From: Candidatus Poribacteria bacterium
GTDB lineage: Bacteria > Poribacteria > WGA-4E > PCPOR2b
Direction: 5' to 3'
Length of the DNA: 64,000 nucleotides
NCBI GenBank assembly: GCA_965208325.1
Contig: OZ242326.1
Span: 2,112,001 to 2,176,000, forward strand
A program made the position numbers and the translations under genes. This document shows, piece after piece, positions 19,470-29,442 of the stretch (the first letter of the stretch is position 1; each line of letters opens with the position of its first letter). The notes below the pieces were generated by a model that was not told where the DNA came from, searched no databases, and saw only the letters and a program-made list of their open reading frames with translations.

Positions 19470-20582
19470 ATGCCACCTGTTGATTATCATTACGGCCAAT
19501 TTCCTCCAGAGAATCTAGATTGGCTCCAACTCGTCCCGTATATCGGTCCAGCATCGCGTGCGCTAGGCGATTTCAGGTGGTTACTCAACGCCATACCCAA
19601 TGCCGATGTTCTGCTGGCGCCGTTGTCGGCTCACGAAGCCGTGCTATCCAGCCGAATTGAGGGGACGCAAGTGACTCTGGGGGAAGTTCTGGAATTCGAG
19701 GCTGACAACGGACGTCATCAGCCTCCGGAGCGCCGCCATGAGATTCGGGAGGTGTACAACTATCGTCTCGCCATACACCAAGCCACTGAACTGCTGGAGG
19801 AGCTGCCGCTTTGCGGTCGGCTACTTAAGAAGGTGCATGCCATATTGATGGAGGACGTGCGCGGCAAGCACAGACAATCAGGTGAGTTTAAATCAACGCC
19901 AAACTTCATTGGTCGGCCAGGCTGTACGGTAGAAACCGCCAAATTCCTCCCTTGCACACCGGACAAGCTGCCCGATGGGTTGACCGCGTGGGAAAAGTTT
20001 CTTCACAACGATTATCCAGACCGCCTTGTTCAGCTTGCGGTGGCGCATGCAGAATTTGAAGCGCTCCACCCGTTCTACGACGGTAACGGACGCCTCGGGC
20101 GTATGTTAATGCCTCTTTTTCTTTACGAGCGGGAACTATTGAACTACCCGTCATTTTATATGAGCGAATACCTCGAAGCCCATCGAGAAGAATACTACGA
20201 GCGGCTATTGGCAGTTTCACGTGATGACGACTGGACCGGTTGGTGCCGCTTTTTCCTTCAAGCACTTGAAAAGCAGGCGGAGGAAAACACGCGAAAAGCA
20301 AAAGCTATCCTCAATCTTTACGATGAACGGAAACGTTGGATTATTGAGAATACTCGTTCACAATACGCGGTCCCTTCTTTGGACTTCATTTTCCGCCAAC
20401 CTATTTTCCGGTCACCGGATTTCGGAAAAGATCAAGGGGTACCCCGTCACTCTGCTCGGCGCATTTTGGGTGAGATTCGAAACGAATTGTTTATTGAATG
20501 GTTACCACCATCAGGTTCGCGACCGGCAATCTTCGCCTACAAAGAACTACTTGACATTGTAGAACAGAAACGCACATTTTAG
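19470..20582 (+). CDS. Class II Fic-family AMP-transferase with C-terminal HTH-like region
   Basis: Canonical HPFYDGNGRLGR; N-terminal inhibitory motif SSRIEG; C-terminal FRSPDFGKDQGVPRHSARRILGEI segment resembling an HTH. Confidence 0.9.
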   Translation: MPPVDYHYGQFPPENLDWLQLVPYIGPASRALGDFRWLLNAIPNADVLLAPLSAHEAVLSSRIEGTQVTLGEVLEFEADNGRHQPPERRHEIREVYNYRLAIHQATELLEELPLCGRLLKKVHAILMEDVRGKHRQSGEFKSTPNFIGRPGCTVETAKFLPCTPDKLPDGLTAWEKFLHNDYPDRLVQLAVAHAEFEALHPFYDGNGRLGRMLMPLFLYERELLNYPSFYMSEYLEAHREEYYERLLAVSRDDDWTGWCRFFLQALEKQAEENTRKAKAILNLYDERKRWIIENTRSQYAVPSLDFIFRQPIFRSPDFGKDQGVPRHSARRILGEIRNELFIEWLPPSGSRPAIFAYKELLDIVEQKRTF

Positions 20583-20636
20583 TGGTTTGCATGTGAGTAA
20601 GGTGTGGCACTTGACAATCGCAATACGGATAAAAAC

Positions 20637-21504
20637 GAGCAATGAATCGCTTTGTTGCTAATGAATCGAGAAATACTAGCAACAAATCACTTTGTTACTA
20701 ACAGATGCACAACAAATCCGTTTGTTGCTAACGAATCGAGAAATATTAGCAACAAATCACTTTGTTGCTAACAGATGCACAACAAATCCGTTTGTTGCTA
20801 ACGAATCGAGAAATATTAGCAACAAATCACTTTGTTGCTAACAGACGCACAACAGTTTCGCTTGTCGGACACAAAACGGGAAATATGACCGACAAATGGA
20901 TTTGTTGGTCACAGGTGTCCAACAAATCTGTTTGCCGGACACGAATTGGAAAATATGACCGACAAATTGCGTTACCTGCTTATGTATGAGCAGCATATGC
21001 TTTTTGTTGCTCACAAAACCCAATATATGAGCAACAAATGGATTTGTGGTGCACAGATGCACAACAAATTGGATTGTTGGACACAAATCGGGAAAAATGT
21101 CCTACAATTGTTTATCGGCCACAGATGTCCAACAAATCTGTTTGCCGGACATGAAACGGAAAACATGACCGACAATTCACGTTACCTGCCCATGTATGAG
21201 CAGCAAATCACGTTTGTCGCTCACAAAACCCAATATATGAGCAGCAAATCACTTTGTTGCTAAAAGACGCACAACAGTTTCGCTTGTTGGACAAAAATCG
21301 GGAAATATGTCCGACAAATTAATTTGTCGGTCACAGATGTCCAACAAATCTGTTTGTCGGACACGAATTGGAAAATATGACCGGCAAATTGCGTTACCTG
21401 CTCATGTATGAGTAGCACATCACGTTTGTCGCTCACAAAAGCCAATATTTGAGCAACAAATCACTTTATTACTAACAGATGCACAACAAATTCGTTTGTC
21501 GAAC
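20637..21504. repeat. Non-coding array of about 25 palindromic units with a ~70-bp period and a ~210-bp higher-order repeat
   Basis: Units such as TAGCAACAAA-TCAC-TTTGTTGCTA, separated alternately by ~6-nt (ACAGAT) and ~16-nt (ACGAATCGAGAAATAT) spacers. Confidence 0.93.
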
Positions 21505-21651
21505 AAAAATCGGGAAAAATGTTAAAATATTCCGCTTTTCAACTAACCGCTGACCTCTCTGTCCGATCGATTGATCCTTCGCGCTTCGTTGGGTTGATTA
21601 CTTATCAGGGGGTATCTGAACGCATGTAAATATAATTTTAAATGTATAAAA

Positions 21652-21685
21652 CCACTAGCCACTGACCACTGGTCACTGGCAACTG
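21652..21685. repeat. Degenerate heptamer tandem repeat
   Basis: CCACTAG CCACTGA CCACTGG TCACTGG CAACTG, just upstream of the first WD40 gene. Confidence 0.6.
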
Positions 21686-21709
21686 TTTCTTAATAAGGAG
21701 AGTTTCTTA

Positions 21710-24196
21710 ATGAAAATAACCCTGAAGTTAGTAATCATCTTACTAGCCGTATCTTCAATAACGGCGTCTGCTCAAGAATTCTCGCAATGGAACTTACCGG
21801 AGGGTGCGAAACAACGCCTCGGCAAGGGATGGATACGAGATATTCAGTATTCTCCTACTCGCCCGCATCTCGCGGTTGCAGGTTCAATCGGGATTTGGAT
21901 ATATGACACTACGACCAACCGCGAGATTGATTTGTTGACCGGGCACACGCGAACGGTCAATGCGATAGCGTATTCTCCGGATGGCAACTTGATAGCAAGT
22001 GGGAGCAGCGACGACTCCATCCGGATCTGGGACGCGGTCACTGGCGATGAAATTAGTGCCATCACCGATTTGGACGATACTGTTTGGACTTTGGCTTTTA
22101 GTGAGGATGGCGCAACGCTTGCCAGCGGGAGTAACGATTATTTAATTCGTATTTGGGATGTTAACTCAGGCGAGGAACTTAAAAAGTTGAACGGACATAC
22201 CGATTGGGTAAATAGTGTGGCTTTCAGTCCGACACACAATGTCCTCGCAAGTGGAAGCTGGGATCATACTGTTCGTTTGTGGGATTTGGACACAGGCGAG
22301 GAAATCCGAACCTTCCCCCCGCATTCATCTTTGGTGCGGTCTGTGGCTTTCAGCCCCGATGGGAACATGCTCGCCAGTTCGGATTTTGACGCCGTAATCC
22401 GCTTGTGGGATGTTGAAGCTGGAACAGAAATCAGAACATTCAGGGGCCACACTTCGGATGTTTTCGACATCGCCTTCTCGCTGGACGGCAAGACACTCGC
22501 GAGCGCTAGCGAGGACGACACCATTCGGTTGTGGAATACCGAAACGGGCGAAACCGTCAAGACAATCACCGGACATACGGCTGATGTCTACAGCATTGTA
22601 TACAGTCATGACGGCAAGACGCTAGCCAGCGGCGGATATGACGCTACCATTAAATTTTGGGATGCCGAGACCGGAGACGAGATTAGCAGCATCACAGGGC
22701 ACACGGATCTTGTTTTGAGCGTGGTTTTCACGCCTGACGGCCGCACGCTAGTCGGAAGGAGCTGGGACAAAACCGTGCGCCTCTGGAACACTGAAACGGG
22801 TCAGCTTGATAATGTGCTGATAGGGCATACGGATGATGTAGATGTGGTCGTGTTCAGTCCTGACGGCGGTAAAATTGCGAGCGGCAGCCAAGATGACACC
22901 GTACGTGTATGGAATGCGAACACCGGAGAACTTCTGAGAACGCTGGTTGGACACTGGGCTTACCTGATTAGTTTAGCCTTCAGTCCCGACGGGAGTATAC
23001 TGGCAAGCGGCAGCGAGGACGATGTCGTTCGATTATGGCATACGAACACAGGCCTGCGATTGGATTTTCTTTACGGCCACGCGGCTGGCGTTGAGAGCAT
23101 TGCTTTTCATCCCGATGGGGAGATTCTCGCCAGCGGCAGCCGCGACGACACGATTCGAATATGGGATGTCGCTAGTGGTAGAACACAGATCCGCATTGAG
23201 GAACATGACGGAGATGTACTAAGCGTCGATTTCAATTTTGACGGTTCATTGCTCGCCAGCGGCAGCCAAGACCGAACCATCAGGCTGTGGAATCCTACAA
23301 CGGGCGATGCGATTCGGACACTAAACGGGCACGAGAGCGGCGTCCGAACCCTTAAGTTTAGCCCAGATGGACGCACGATTGCCAGCGGGAGCCGGGATAA
23401 CACCGTTCGTGTGTGGAACGCCGCTACAGGCGAACTTATGAACACGTTTGCCGGACATACGGCTGGTGTTAGGAGCGTTGCTTTCAGCCCTGACGGCAGC
23501 ACAATCGCCAGTGGAGGATGGGACGGCACGGTGTTGATTTGGGACGCGCCGATACTGCCTCCGGAGGTTATCGAAGAGCCGCTGGCCGCGGATTTAGACG
23601 GAGATGGAACAGTCGATATAGCCGACCTCGTGCTGGTCGCTTCAGCCTTTGGCGAATCAGGGGAGAACCTAACAGCCGATGTGAATGGAGACGGGGAAGT
23701 TGACATAGCGGACCTAGTAGCGGTTGCTGGCGCTTTCGGAACGGAGATTGCCGCATCACCGGCTCGTCACGATATTACAGCGGTGCTGAACGAAGCGGAC
23801 GTTAGGGAGTGGCTTTTGCAAGCTCAGCAGTTAGGGCTAACTGATTCGAATTCGCAGAGAGGCATTCTCTTCTTGGAACAACTCCTCTTAGCGTTCCGAC
23901 CATCCGAAACAGCGTTGTTGGCGAACTATCCAAATCCGTTCAATCCGGAAACATGGATTCCGTATCACCTTGCCGAAGACGCCGATGTGCAGGTTACAAT
24001 TTATGACACGAACGGCAAGTTAGTCAGGCGAATAGATTTGGGAGTTCAACCTGCGGGCTACTACACCGAACAACGCCTTGCAGCATATTGGGATGGCCAT
24101 AATCAGCGGGGCGAGGCCGTAGCAAGCGGTGTGTATTTCTATACCTTGTCCACCGCGGGTTATGTGGAAACGAGGAAAATGACGATACAGAAATAG
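21710..24196 (+). CDS. Secreted WD40 protein (about 14 repeats) with dockerin-like EF-hand pair and C-terminal FlgD-Ig/T9SS-like domain
   Basis: Signal peptide; GH...FSPDG...WD repeats; DLDGDGTVDIAD and DVNGDGEVDIAD; LLANYPNPFNPETW...SGVYFY...RKM. Confidence 0.92.
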   Translation: MKITLKLVIILLAVSSITASAQEFSQWNLPEGAKQRLGKGWIRDIQYSPTRPHLAVAGSIGIWIYDTTTNREIDLLTGHTRTVNAIAYSPDGNLIASGSSDDSIRIWDAVTGDEISAITDLDDTVWTLAFSEDGATLASGSNDYLIRIWDVNSGEELKKLNGHTDWVNSVAFSPTHNVLASGSWDHTVRLWDLDTGEEIRTFPPHSSLVRSVAFSPDGNMLASSDFDAVIRLWDVEAGTEIRTFRGHTSDVFDIAFSLDGKTLASASEDDTIRLWNTETGETVKTITGHTADVYSIVYSHDGKTLASGGYDATIKFWDAETGDEISSITGHTDLVLSVVFTPDGRTLVGRSWDKTVRLWNTETGQLDNVLIGHTDDVDVVVFSPDGGKIASGSQDDTVRVWNANTGELLRTLVGHWAYLISLAFSPDGSILASGSEDDVVRLWHTNTGLRLDFLYGHAAGVESIAFHPDGEILASGSRDDTIRIWDVASGRTQIRIEEHDGDVLSVDFNFDGSLLASGSQDRTIRLWNPTTGDAIRTLNGHESGVRTLKFSPDGRTIASGSRDNTVRVWNAATGELMNTFAGHTAGVRSVAFSPDGSTIASGGWDGTVLIWDAPILPPEVIEEPLAADLDGDGTVDIADLVLVASAFGESGENLTADVNGDGEVDIADLVAVAGAFGTEIAASPARHDITAVLNEADVREWLLQAQQLGLTDSNSQRGILFLEQLLLAFRPSETALLANYPNPFNPETWIPYHLAEDADVQVTIYDTNGKLVRRIDLGVQPAGYYTEQRLAAYWDGHNQRGEAVASGVYFYTLSTAGYVETRKMTIQK

Positions 24197-24264
24197 GCTT
24201 AAGTATGCAAACCCTTACACGCAAATGTACGCAACACACGATACCATTTATGGAGAATTCTAGT

Positions 24265-27018
24265 ATGAAAATAGTTTCGACGATATTTTTCCTTTTCTTT
24301 GCAATTTCACTGCACTGCCTTGCACAAGACCCTTCACAGTGGGATTTGCCCGAAGACGCCAGAGAGCGCGTCGGCAAAGGTTGGATTACGGAAATTCAGT
24401 ATTCGCCGGATGGCTCTCGTCTAGCGGTAGCGAGCTCTATCGGCATTTGGATTTACGATACCGAGACGCTTAAAGAGGTTTCGTTGCTCTCCGCGCACAC
24501 GGAGGAGGTCACCGCACTGGCATATTCCATTGATGGGAGTATACTCGCCAGCGGGAGTTGGGATAGGACCATACGGTTGTGGGATCCTGAAACTGGCGAG
24601 GTGCTGCAAACCCTCGAAGGGCATTGGAGTGGAATTCGCAGCATAGACATTAACTCTGATGTGACCACGCTTGTCAGCGCGAGTTACGACCGGACGGTTC
24701 GGCTTTGGGATATTGAGACGGGCGATGAGATTCGGATTCTCTGGGGGCATCGAGACCGTGTCAATACTGTGGCATTCAGTCCGGATGGCACTAAGATCGC
24801 CACCGGGAGTTGGGACCAAACGGCGCGTTTGTGGGATGCCGCCACAGGAGACCAACTCCAAATCATCACTGCGCACAGGTCGCTGGTTCAAGCGGTAGCG
24901 TTCAGTCCAGACGGGGAGACGCTTGCCACGGGAGATTACAACGGTGAGATTCACCTCTGGGACATTGCGACAGAGACACAGACTGCGGTTCTCACTGATC
25001 ATACATCCCTTATCTTTGACCTCGCCTTTTCTCCGCTAGACAGCGGCACACTGGCAAGTGTAAGTGAAGACGACACTATCCGCCTGTGGGACACGGAGGC
25101 AGGTACGCTCAAGAAGACGATTACCGAGCATACCGCCGATGTGATTAGAGTTGTTTTTAGTCCTGACGGCGGTACAATCGCCAGCGGCGCTTGGGATGCG
25201 ACTGTTCGTTTTTGGGACGCGGAGACAGGTTCACACCTAAATACAATAACCGGACATGCGGATGTTGTTTTGAGCGTTAGTTTCAGACCGGACGGTCGTG
25301 CGCTTGTTGGGCGAAGTTGGGACTCTACAATTCGGATATGGAACACGGAAACGGGAAAACTCGATCATGTCTTGTTTGGGCATACGGACGATGTAGGTAT
25401 TGTGGTCTTCAGTCCGGATGGGCGCACACTGGCTAGCGGCAGCGAAGACCACACAGTCCGTTTATGGGACGTTGAAACCGGGGCGCACTTGAAAACTCTC
25501 GTCGGGCACAGAGCTTATCTAATTACCCTCGCATTCAACGCCGATGGAACCATGCTTGCCAGCGGCAGCGAAGATGATGATATCCGCTTGTGGGATGTAG
25601 CATCCGGAGCGCGGCTGCGAACACTCATCGGACATACGACAGGGGTGGAGGGACTAGCTTTTAGCCCCGATGGCCGCACGCTCGCGAGCGCAAGCCGAGA
25701 CAATTCTGTCCGTTTATGGGATGTCGAAAACGGCAAGGAATTGCACAAACTTCTGGGACATCGCGGTGATGCGATTACCGTTGCTTTCAGTCCTGACGGA
25801 AACACGGTGGCGAGCGGCGGTTGGGACGCTGTCATCCGTTTGTGGGACGTTTCGACCGGCGAGTTGCGGGAATCCGTCGAGTCGTTTCACACCGGCATTA
25901 AGAGCATAACGTACAGTCCGGATGGTGAGAAGATTGCGACCGGAAGTTGGGATAATACTGTACGCCTTTGGGATACTAAAACGCTTGCACGTATCAAGAC
26001 CTTGCATGGACACAAGTCGTTCGTCTATAGCGTCGCATTCAATGGGGACGGCAGCGTAATTGGCAGCGGCGGGGTTGATGGTACGTTATTGCTGTGGGAG
26101 ACGCCGCCGTTACCCCCAATCTACGTCAAGACGCTAGCACAGGGATTGAACATGATTTCCCTGCCGCTAATGCCAGAAGACCCGATTTCTGCCCGTGCAC
26201 TCGCTCAGATGGCGAATGCCACCGCTGTTATTCGATTCGATAGGGAGACTCAGGGCTTCATAGCATTCACGGATGATGAGCGCGGGTCGGGCTTCCCGAT
26301 TGAAGGCGGCGAGGCTTATATCGTCAACACGCCGGATGGCGGTTCAGTGGCATTCTCCGGTGAGGCGTGGGAGAACGAACCCGCTGCAGCACCGCCGGTC
26401 AGTCCTTTTAGAGAAGCTTGGGCATTCATCGTGGCTAGCGATTTGAAAAATGCCGTGGCTGATACCAACTATACGGTAATTGCCGAGAATCTGCGTACCG
26501 GTGTTGTTGTAACTGACGAAATCGCCCCGAACAAAACACGTGTTGCTGCTGTTTGGGCCGATCTCAATCGGAATAGTGTGGTGCGAGCAGGTGATAAGCT
26601 GGACATCACAGTGATTGATGACGGAGGGAACACTGTTTCTGGCCCGCACCGCTACACGGTCGACGTTGCCGACATCCGCAAAGCTTACATTCGCCTGCCG
26701 CTAGTTGTTGGTGACATACGTCCGGTGCAGACGCTGCTCGCGCAGAATTTTCCCAATCCGTTCAACCCAGAGACGTGGCTGCCCTTCCAGCTTAGTCAAC
26801 CTGGCCTTGCCGCCATACAGATATACGATGCGTCTGGGCGCCTCATAAGGACACTTGACCTTGGCGCAAAACCGGCGGGATACTACATGACACGATCCAA
26901 AGCTGCATATTGGGATGGCCGCAACAGTTCCGGTGAACGTGTTGCCTCCGGCAGCTATTTCTACACGCTTGAGACGGACGAATTTTCCGCGACGCGTAAG
27001 ATGTTGATAGCTAAATAG
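24265..27018 (+). CDS. Secreted WD40 protein (about 14 repeats), paralog of the upstream gene, with C-terminal FlgD-Ig/T9SS-like domain
   Basis: Start ATG 24265 after GGAG; repeats colinear with the upstream gene; LAQNFPNPFNPETW...SGSYFY...RKM. Confidence 0.92.
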   Translation: MKIVSTIFFLFFAISLHCLAQDPSQWDLPEDARERVGKGWITEIQYSPDGSRLAVASSIGIWIYDTETLKEVSLLSAHTEEVTALAYSIDGSILASGSWDRTIRLWDPETGEVLQTLEGHWSGIRSIDINSDVTTLVSASYDRTVRLWDIETGDEIRILWGHRDRVNTVAFSPDGTKIATGSWDQTARLWDAATGDQLQIITAHRSLVQAVAFSPDGETLATGDYNGEIHLWDIATETQTAVLTDHTSLIFDLAFSPLDSGTLASVSEDDTIRLWDTEAGTLKKTITEHTADVIRVVFSPDGGTIASGAWDATVRFWDAETGSHLNTITGHADVVLSVSFRPDGRALVGRSWDSTIRIWNTETGKLDHVLFGHTDDVGIVVFSPDGRTLASGSEDHTVRLWDVETGAHLKTLVGHRAYLITLAFNADGTMLASGSEDDDIRLWDVASGARLRTLIGHTTGVEGLAFSPDGRTLASASRDNSVRLWDVENGKELHKLLGHRGDAITVAFSPDGNTVASGGWDAVIRLWDVSTGELRESVESFHTGIKSITYSPDGEKIATGSWDNTVRLWDTKTLARIKTLHGHKSFVYSVAFNGDGSVIGSGGVDGTLLLWETPPLPPIYVKTLAQGLNMISLPLMPEDPISARALAQMANATAVIRFDRETQGFIAFTDDERGSGFPIEGGEAYIVNTPDGGSVAFSGEAWENEPAAAPPVSPFREAWAFIVASDLKNAVADTNYTVIAENLRTGVVVTDEIAPNKTRVAAVWADLNRNSVVRAGDKLDITVIDDGGNTVSGPHRYTVDVADIRKAYIRLPLVVGDIRPVQTLLAQNFPNPFNPETWLPFQLSQPGLAAIQIYDASGRLIRTLDLGAKPAGYYMTRSKAAYWDGRNSSGERVASGSYFYTLETDEFSATRKMLIAK

Positions 27019-27150
27019 TATCAAATGACCGGATGACTGCCGCCCGCGCTGTCATTCATTGTAGCAGGTAGATGCGAACGCTGTATTGTTTCGTGGCTTG
27101 ATTTTGACCTCCATGAGTCGATTGTAACTGATAGTGATGCCATGTCCTTA

Positions 27151-27372
27151 GCGCATGTTTGAATAATTAGGTGACAAAACCATTCTTGGGCGTTTGAGTT
27201 GGTAGAACTGGTGGAAATTCTATCGCACGGGATTTACTATCGCCTTCGCAATTCGCTCAGTTGATTCTATTCGGCCGCTTAACTCCACTAAATACCTTAC
27301 TCCTGAATTGGGCGGGGGAAGATGCCCCGCCTACGGAGGGAGGTTGTATAAAATGAATTTTCAAACACGTTC
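27151..27372. mobile_element. MITE-like non-autonomous element, copy 2
   Basis: TTA|GCGCATGTTTGAA...TTCAAACACGTTC|TTA (3-bp direct repeat, imperfect IRs). Colinear with 5089-5415. Confidence 0.65.
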
Positions 27373-27488
27373 TTATAGTTTAGCTCATGGAGTCATTTGA
27401 TACATAACGAATGACAAATATTACGGCAATCTCTGTACGGATAATTGAGCCAATTCACTTAATCTTCAAAATAGGAGATTCTTTATAA

Positions 27489-27989
27489 ATGCCAACTCCA
27501 AGTGCACCTATGCCAAGCATGACTTGGCTGTACTTTGTGTTAATTACCGTCTTATGTTGGGGGCTGTACGGTGTTTTGCTTCATACGGGCCAGATGTCTA
27601 TGGGAGACCCGGTCCATGGGCGTTACAAATCATTTCTCTTCGTTGGGAGCGCTTATTTGCTGATAGCGGTTTTGGCGCCAACCATCATGTTAATCGCCAA
27701 CGGCGCGTCATGGAGTTTTCCTGTAAAGGGCATACTCTGGTCAACCCTTGCGGGTACTGTTGGGGCGGTGGGGGCATTCTGCGTACTATTGGCGTTTGGG
27801 GCGAAGGGTGTGCCGAGCGTAGTCATGTCGATTATTTTTGCCGGTGCGCCGATTGTCAATGCGATTGTGGCGATGGTGATGCACCCACCCGCCGGCGGTT
27901 TAAGTTCGCTGCGTTGGCCTTTTGTGCTAGGCATCCTGTGTGCAGCGCTCGGCGGTTGCCTCGTGACCCTTTTTAGACCCGGGTCGTAG
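27489..27989 (+). CDS. Small multi-pass membrane protein (DMT/EamA-like half)
   Basis: About 5 hydrophobic helices; CWGLYG and VMSIIFAGAPIVNA; GGAG RBS. Confidence 0.7.
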   Translation: MPTPSAPMPSMTWLYFVLITVLCWGLYGVLLHTGQMSMGDPVHGRYKSFLFVGSAYLLIAVLAPTIMLIANGASWSFPVKGILWSTLAGTVGAVGAFCVLLAFGAKGVPSVVMSIIFAGAPIVNAIVAMVMHPPAGGLSSLRWPFVLGILCAALGGCLVTLFRPGS

Positions 27990-28139
27990 GTTTTCATTTG
28001 ACCGAGTGGGAAGTAAAATAGTTTTCACTGACAGAATACTTACCGCCATAGCCGCTGAAAGCTATTGGAACCGCTACTTGCTCTTTTGAACCTTCCTTAT
28101 TCAATCTGTTAATCATATCAGAATGATACCTACCGTTCT

Positions 28140-29408
28140 TTGAGGTATCAGGAGATTTCTTTGTTAGAACTTATCGCTGGCTTTTTGAAGGGACCACATA
28201 TTAACGACGCGACAGCGGACCTCATCGCGAGAGGTGTTGTCATTGCGCTAATAATCGTATTCAGTGTGCTTACCAACTTTCTTGTTAAACGGCCGCTTTT
28301 GGCTATTCTGACCAATCTGATTGCCCGCACGCAAACGGAATGGGACGACACATTTCTTGAGAAAAAAGTCCTTAATCAACTGGCGCATCTCGCGCCTGCG
28401 ATGATGATTTACGTCACGGCGCCGCTAGCATTAGAGGGATATGAAAAAGCAATCGCATTTACTGCGGCGGCCGTGCAAATCTATATGATTGTTGTTGGGA
28501 TTTTGGTTATCAATGCGTTTCTCAATGCTGTTCTCGATATTTACCGCACATTTGAGGTTGCTAGAGAAATCCCAATCAAGGGCTTTATCCAGGTTGCAAA
28601 GATAGTTATCTGTTTAGTTGGTGGCATTTTCATCGTTTGCATTTTAATGAAAAAAACTCCGCTCGTTTTCCTCAGCGGCCTCGGTGCGTTGACCGCCATA
28701 CTGTTGCTAATTTTCAGAGACGCCATTCTTGGGTTCGTCGCAGGTATACAACTGATTACCAACAAGATGTTATCGCGGGGGGATTGGATTGAAATGCCCA
28801 AGTACGGCGCGGATGGCGATGTGCTGGATGTTGCCTTAACAACGGTCAAAGTTCAGAATTGGGATAAAACAATAACTACGATTCCGACCTATGCGTTGAT
28901 TAGCAATTCTTTCAAGAATTGGCGGGGTATGCAAGAATCCGGCGGGCGCCGCATAAAGCGGTCTGTTTATATTGATGTGAGTACGATTAAACTGTGCACT
29001 GAGGAGATGCTGGCACGGTTTTCCAAAATACAGTACATTTCGGAGTATATCGCAAGGAAAAAGGAAGAGGTCACAGCGTATAACACGGAATCACACGTTG
29101 ATGAGACAAGCGTTGTGAACGGAAGACGGCTCTCCAACATTGGGACATTTCGCGCCTATGTCGTCGCCTATCTGAAAAATCACCGGATGATTAATCAAGA
29201 CATGACGTTTCTTGTCCGCCAGTTGGCACCCACAGACCACGGTCTGCCGCTTGAGGTCTACGTATTCTGCAAAGACATAGTCTGGGCAAACTACGAAGCA
29301 ATTCAGGCAGATATTTTCGATCATATTCTTGCGGTTGTGCCTGAATTTGATTTGAGAGTCTTTCAACATCCATCGGGAAGTGATTTCATTAAATTCGCGA
29401 GCGACTAA
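28140..29408 (+). CDS. MscS-family mechanosensitive channel (YbdG-like)
   Basis: GDWIEMPKYGADGDV, VKVQNWDKTITTIP, FKNWRGMQESGGRRIKR. Confidence 0.92.
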   Translation: MRYQEISLLELIAGFLKGPHINDATADLIARGVVIALIIVFSVLTNFLVKRPLLAILTNLIARTQTEWDDTFLEKKVLNQLAHLAPAMMIYVTAPLALEGYEKAIAFTAAAVQIYMIVVGILVINAFLNAVLDIYRTFEVAREIPIKGFIQVAKIVICLVGGIFIVCILMKKTPLVFLSGLGALTAILLLIFRDAILGFVAGIQLITNKMLSRGDWIEMPKYGADGDVLDVALTTVKVQNWDKTITTIPTYALISNSFKNWRGMQESGGRRIKRSVYIDVSTIKLCTEEMLARFSKIQYISEYIARKKEEVTAYNTESHVDETSVVNGRRLSNIGTFRAYVVAYLKNHRMINQDMTFLVRQLAPTDHGLPLEVYVFCKDIVWANYEAIQADIFDHILAVVPEFDLRVFQHPSGSDFIKFASD

Positions 29409-29442
29409 TGAAACCCGCTCTTCACGCACAATAGCACGGCTC

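Noticed and set aside
20762..21445. Short ORFs inside the array (75-105 aa and shorter, both strands)
   Set aside because: The 70-bp and 212-bp periods break the reading frame, there is no clear RBS, and the pattern is DNA symmetry rather than codon structure.
20637..21504. CRISPR array
   Set aside because: There is no invariant repeat with unique spacers; the spacers are short (6 or 16 nt) and themselves repeated. No cas genes are in the window.
13583..21504. Prophage or integrative element
   Set aside because: No integrase, transposase, phage structural gene or flanking att repeat was recognised.
21710..27018. DGR-like template/variable repeat between the WD40 genes
   Set aside because: The similarity is gene-wide paralogy with mixed substitutions, not adenine-specific, and no reverse transcriptase is present.
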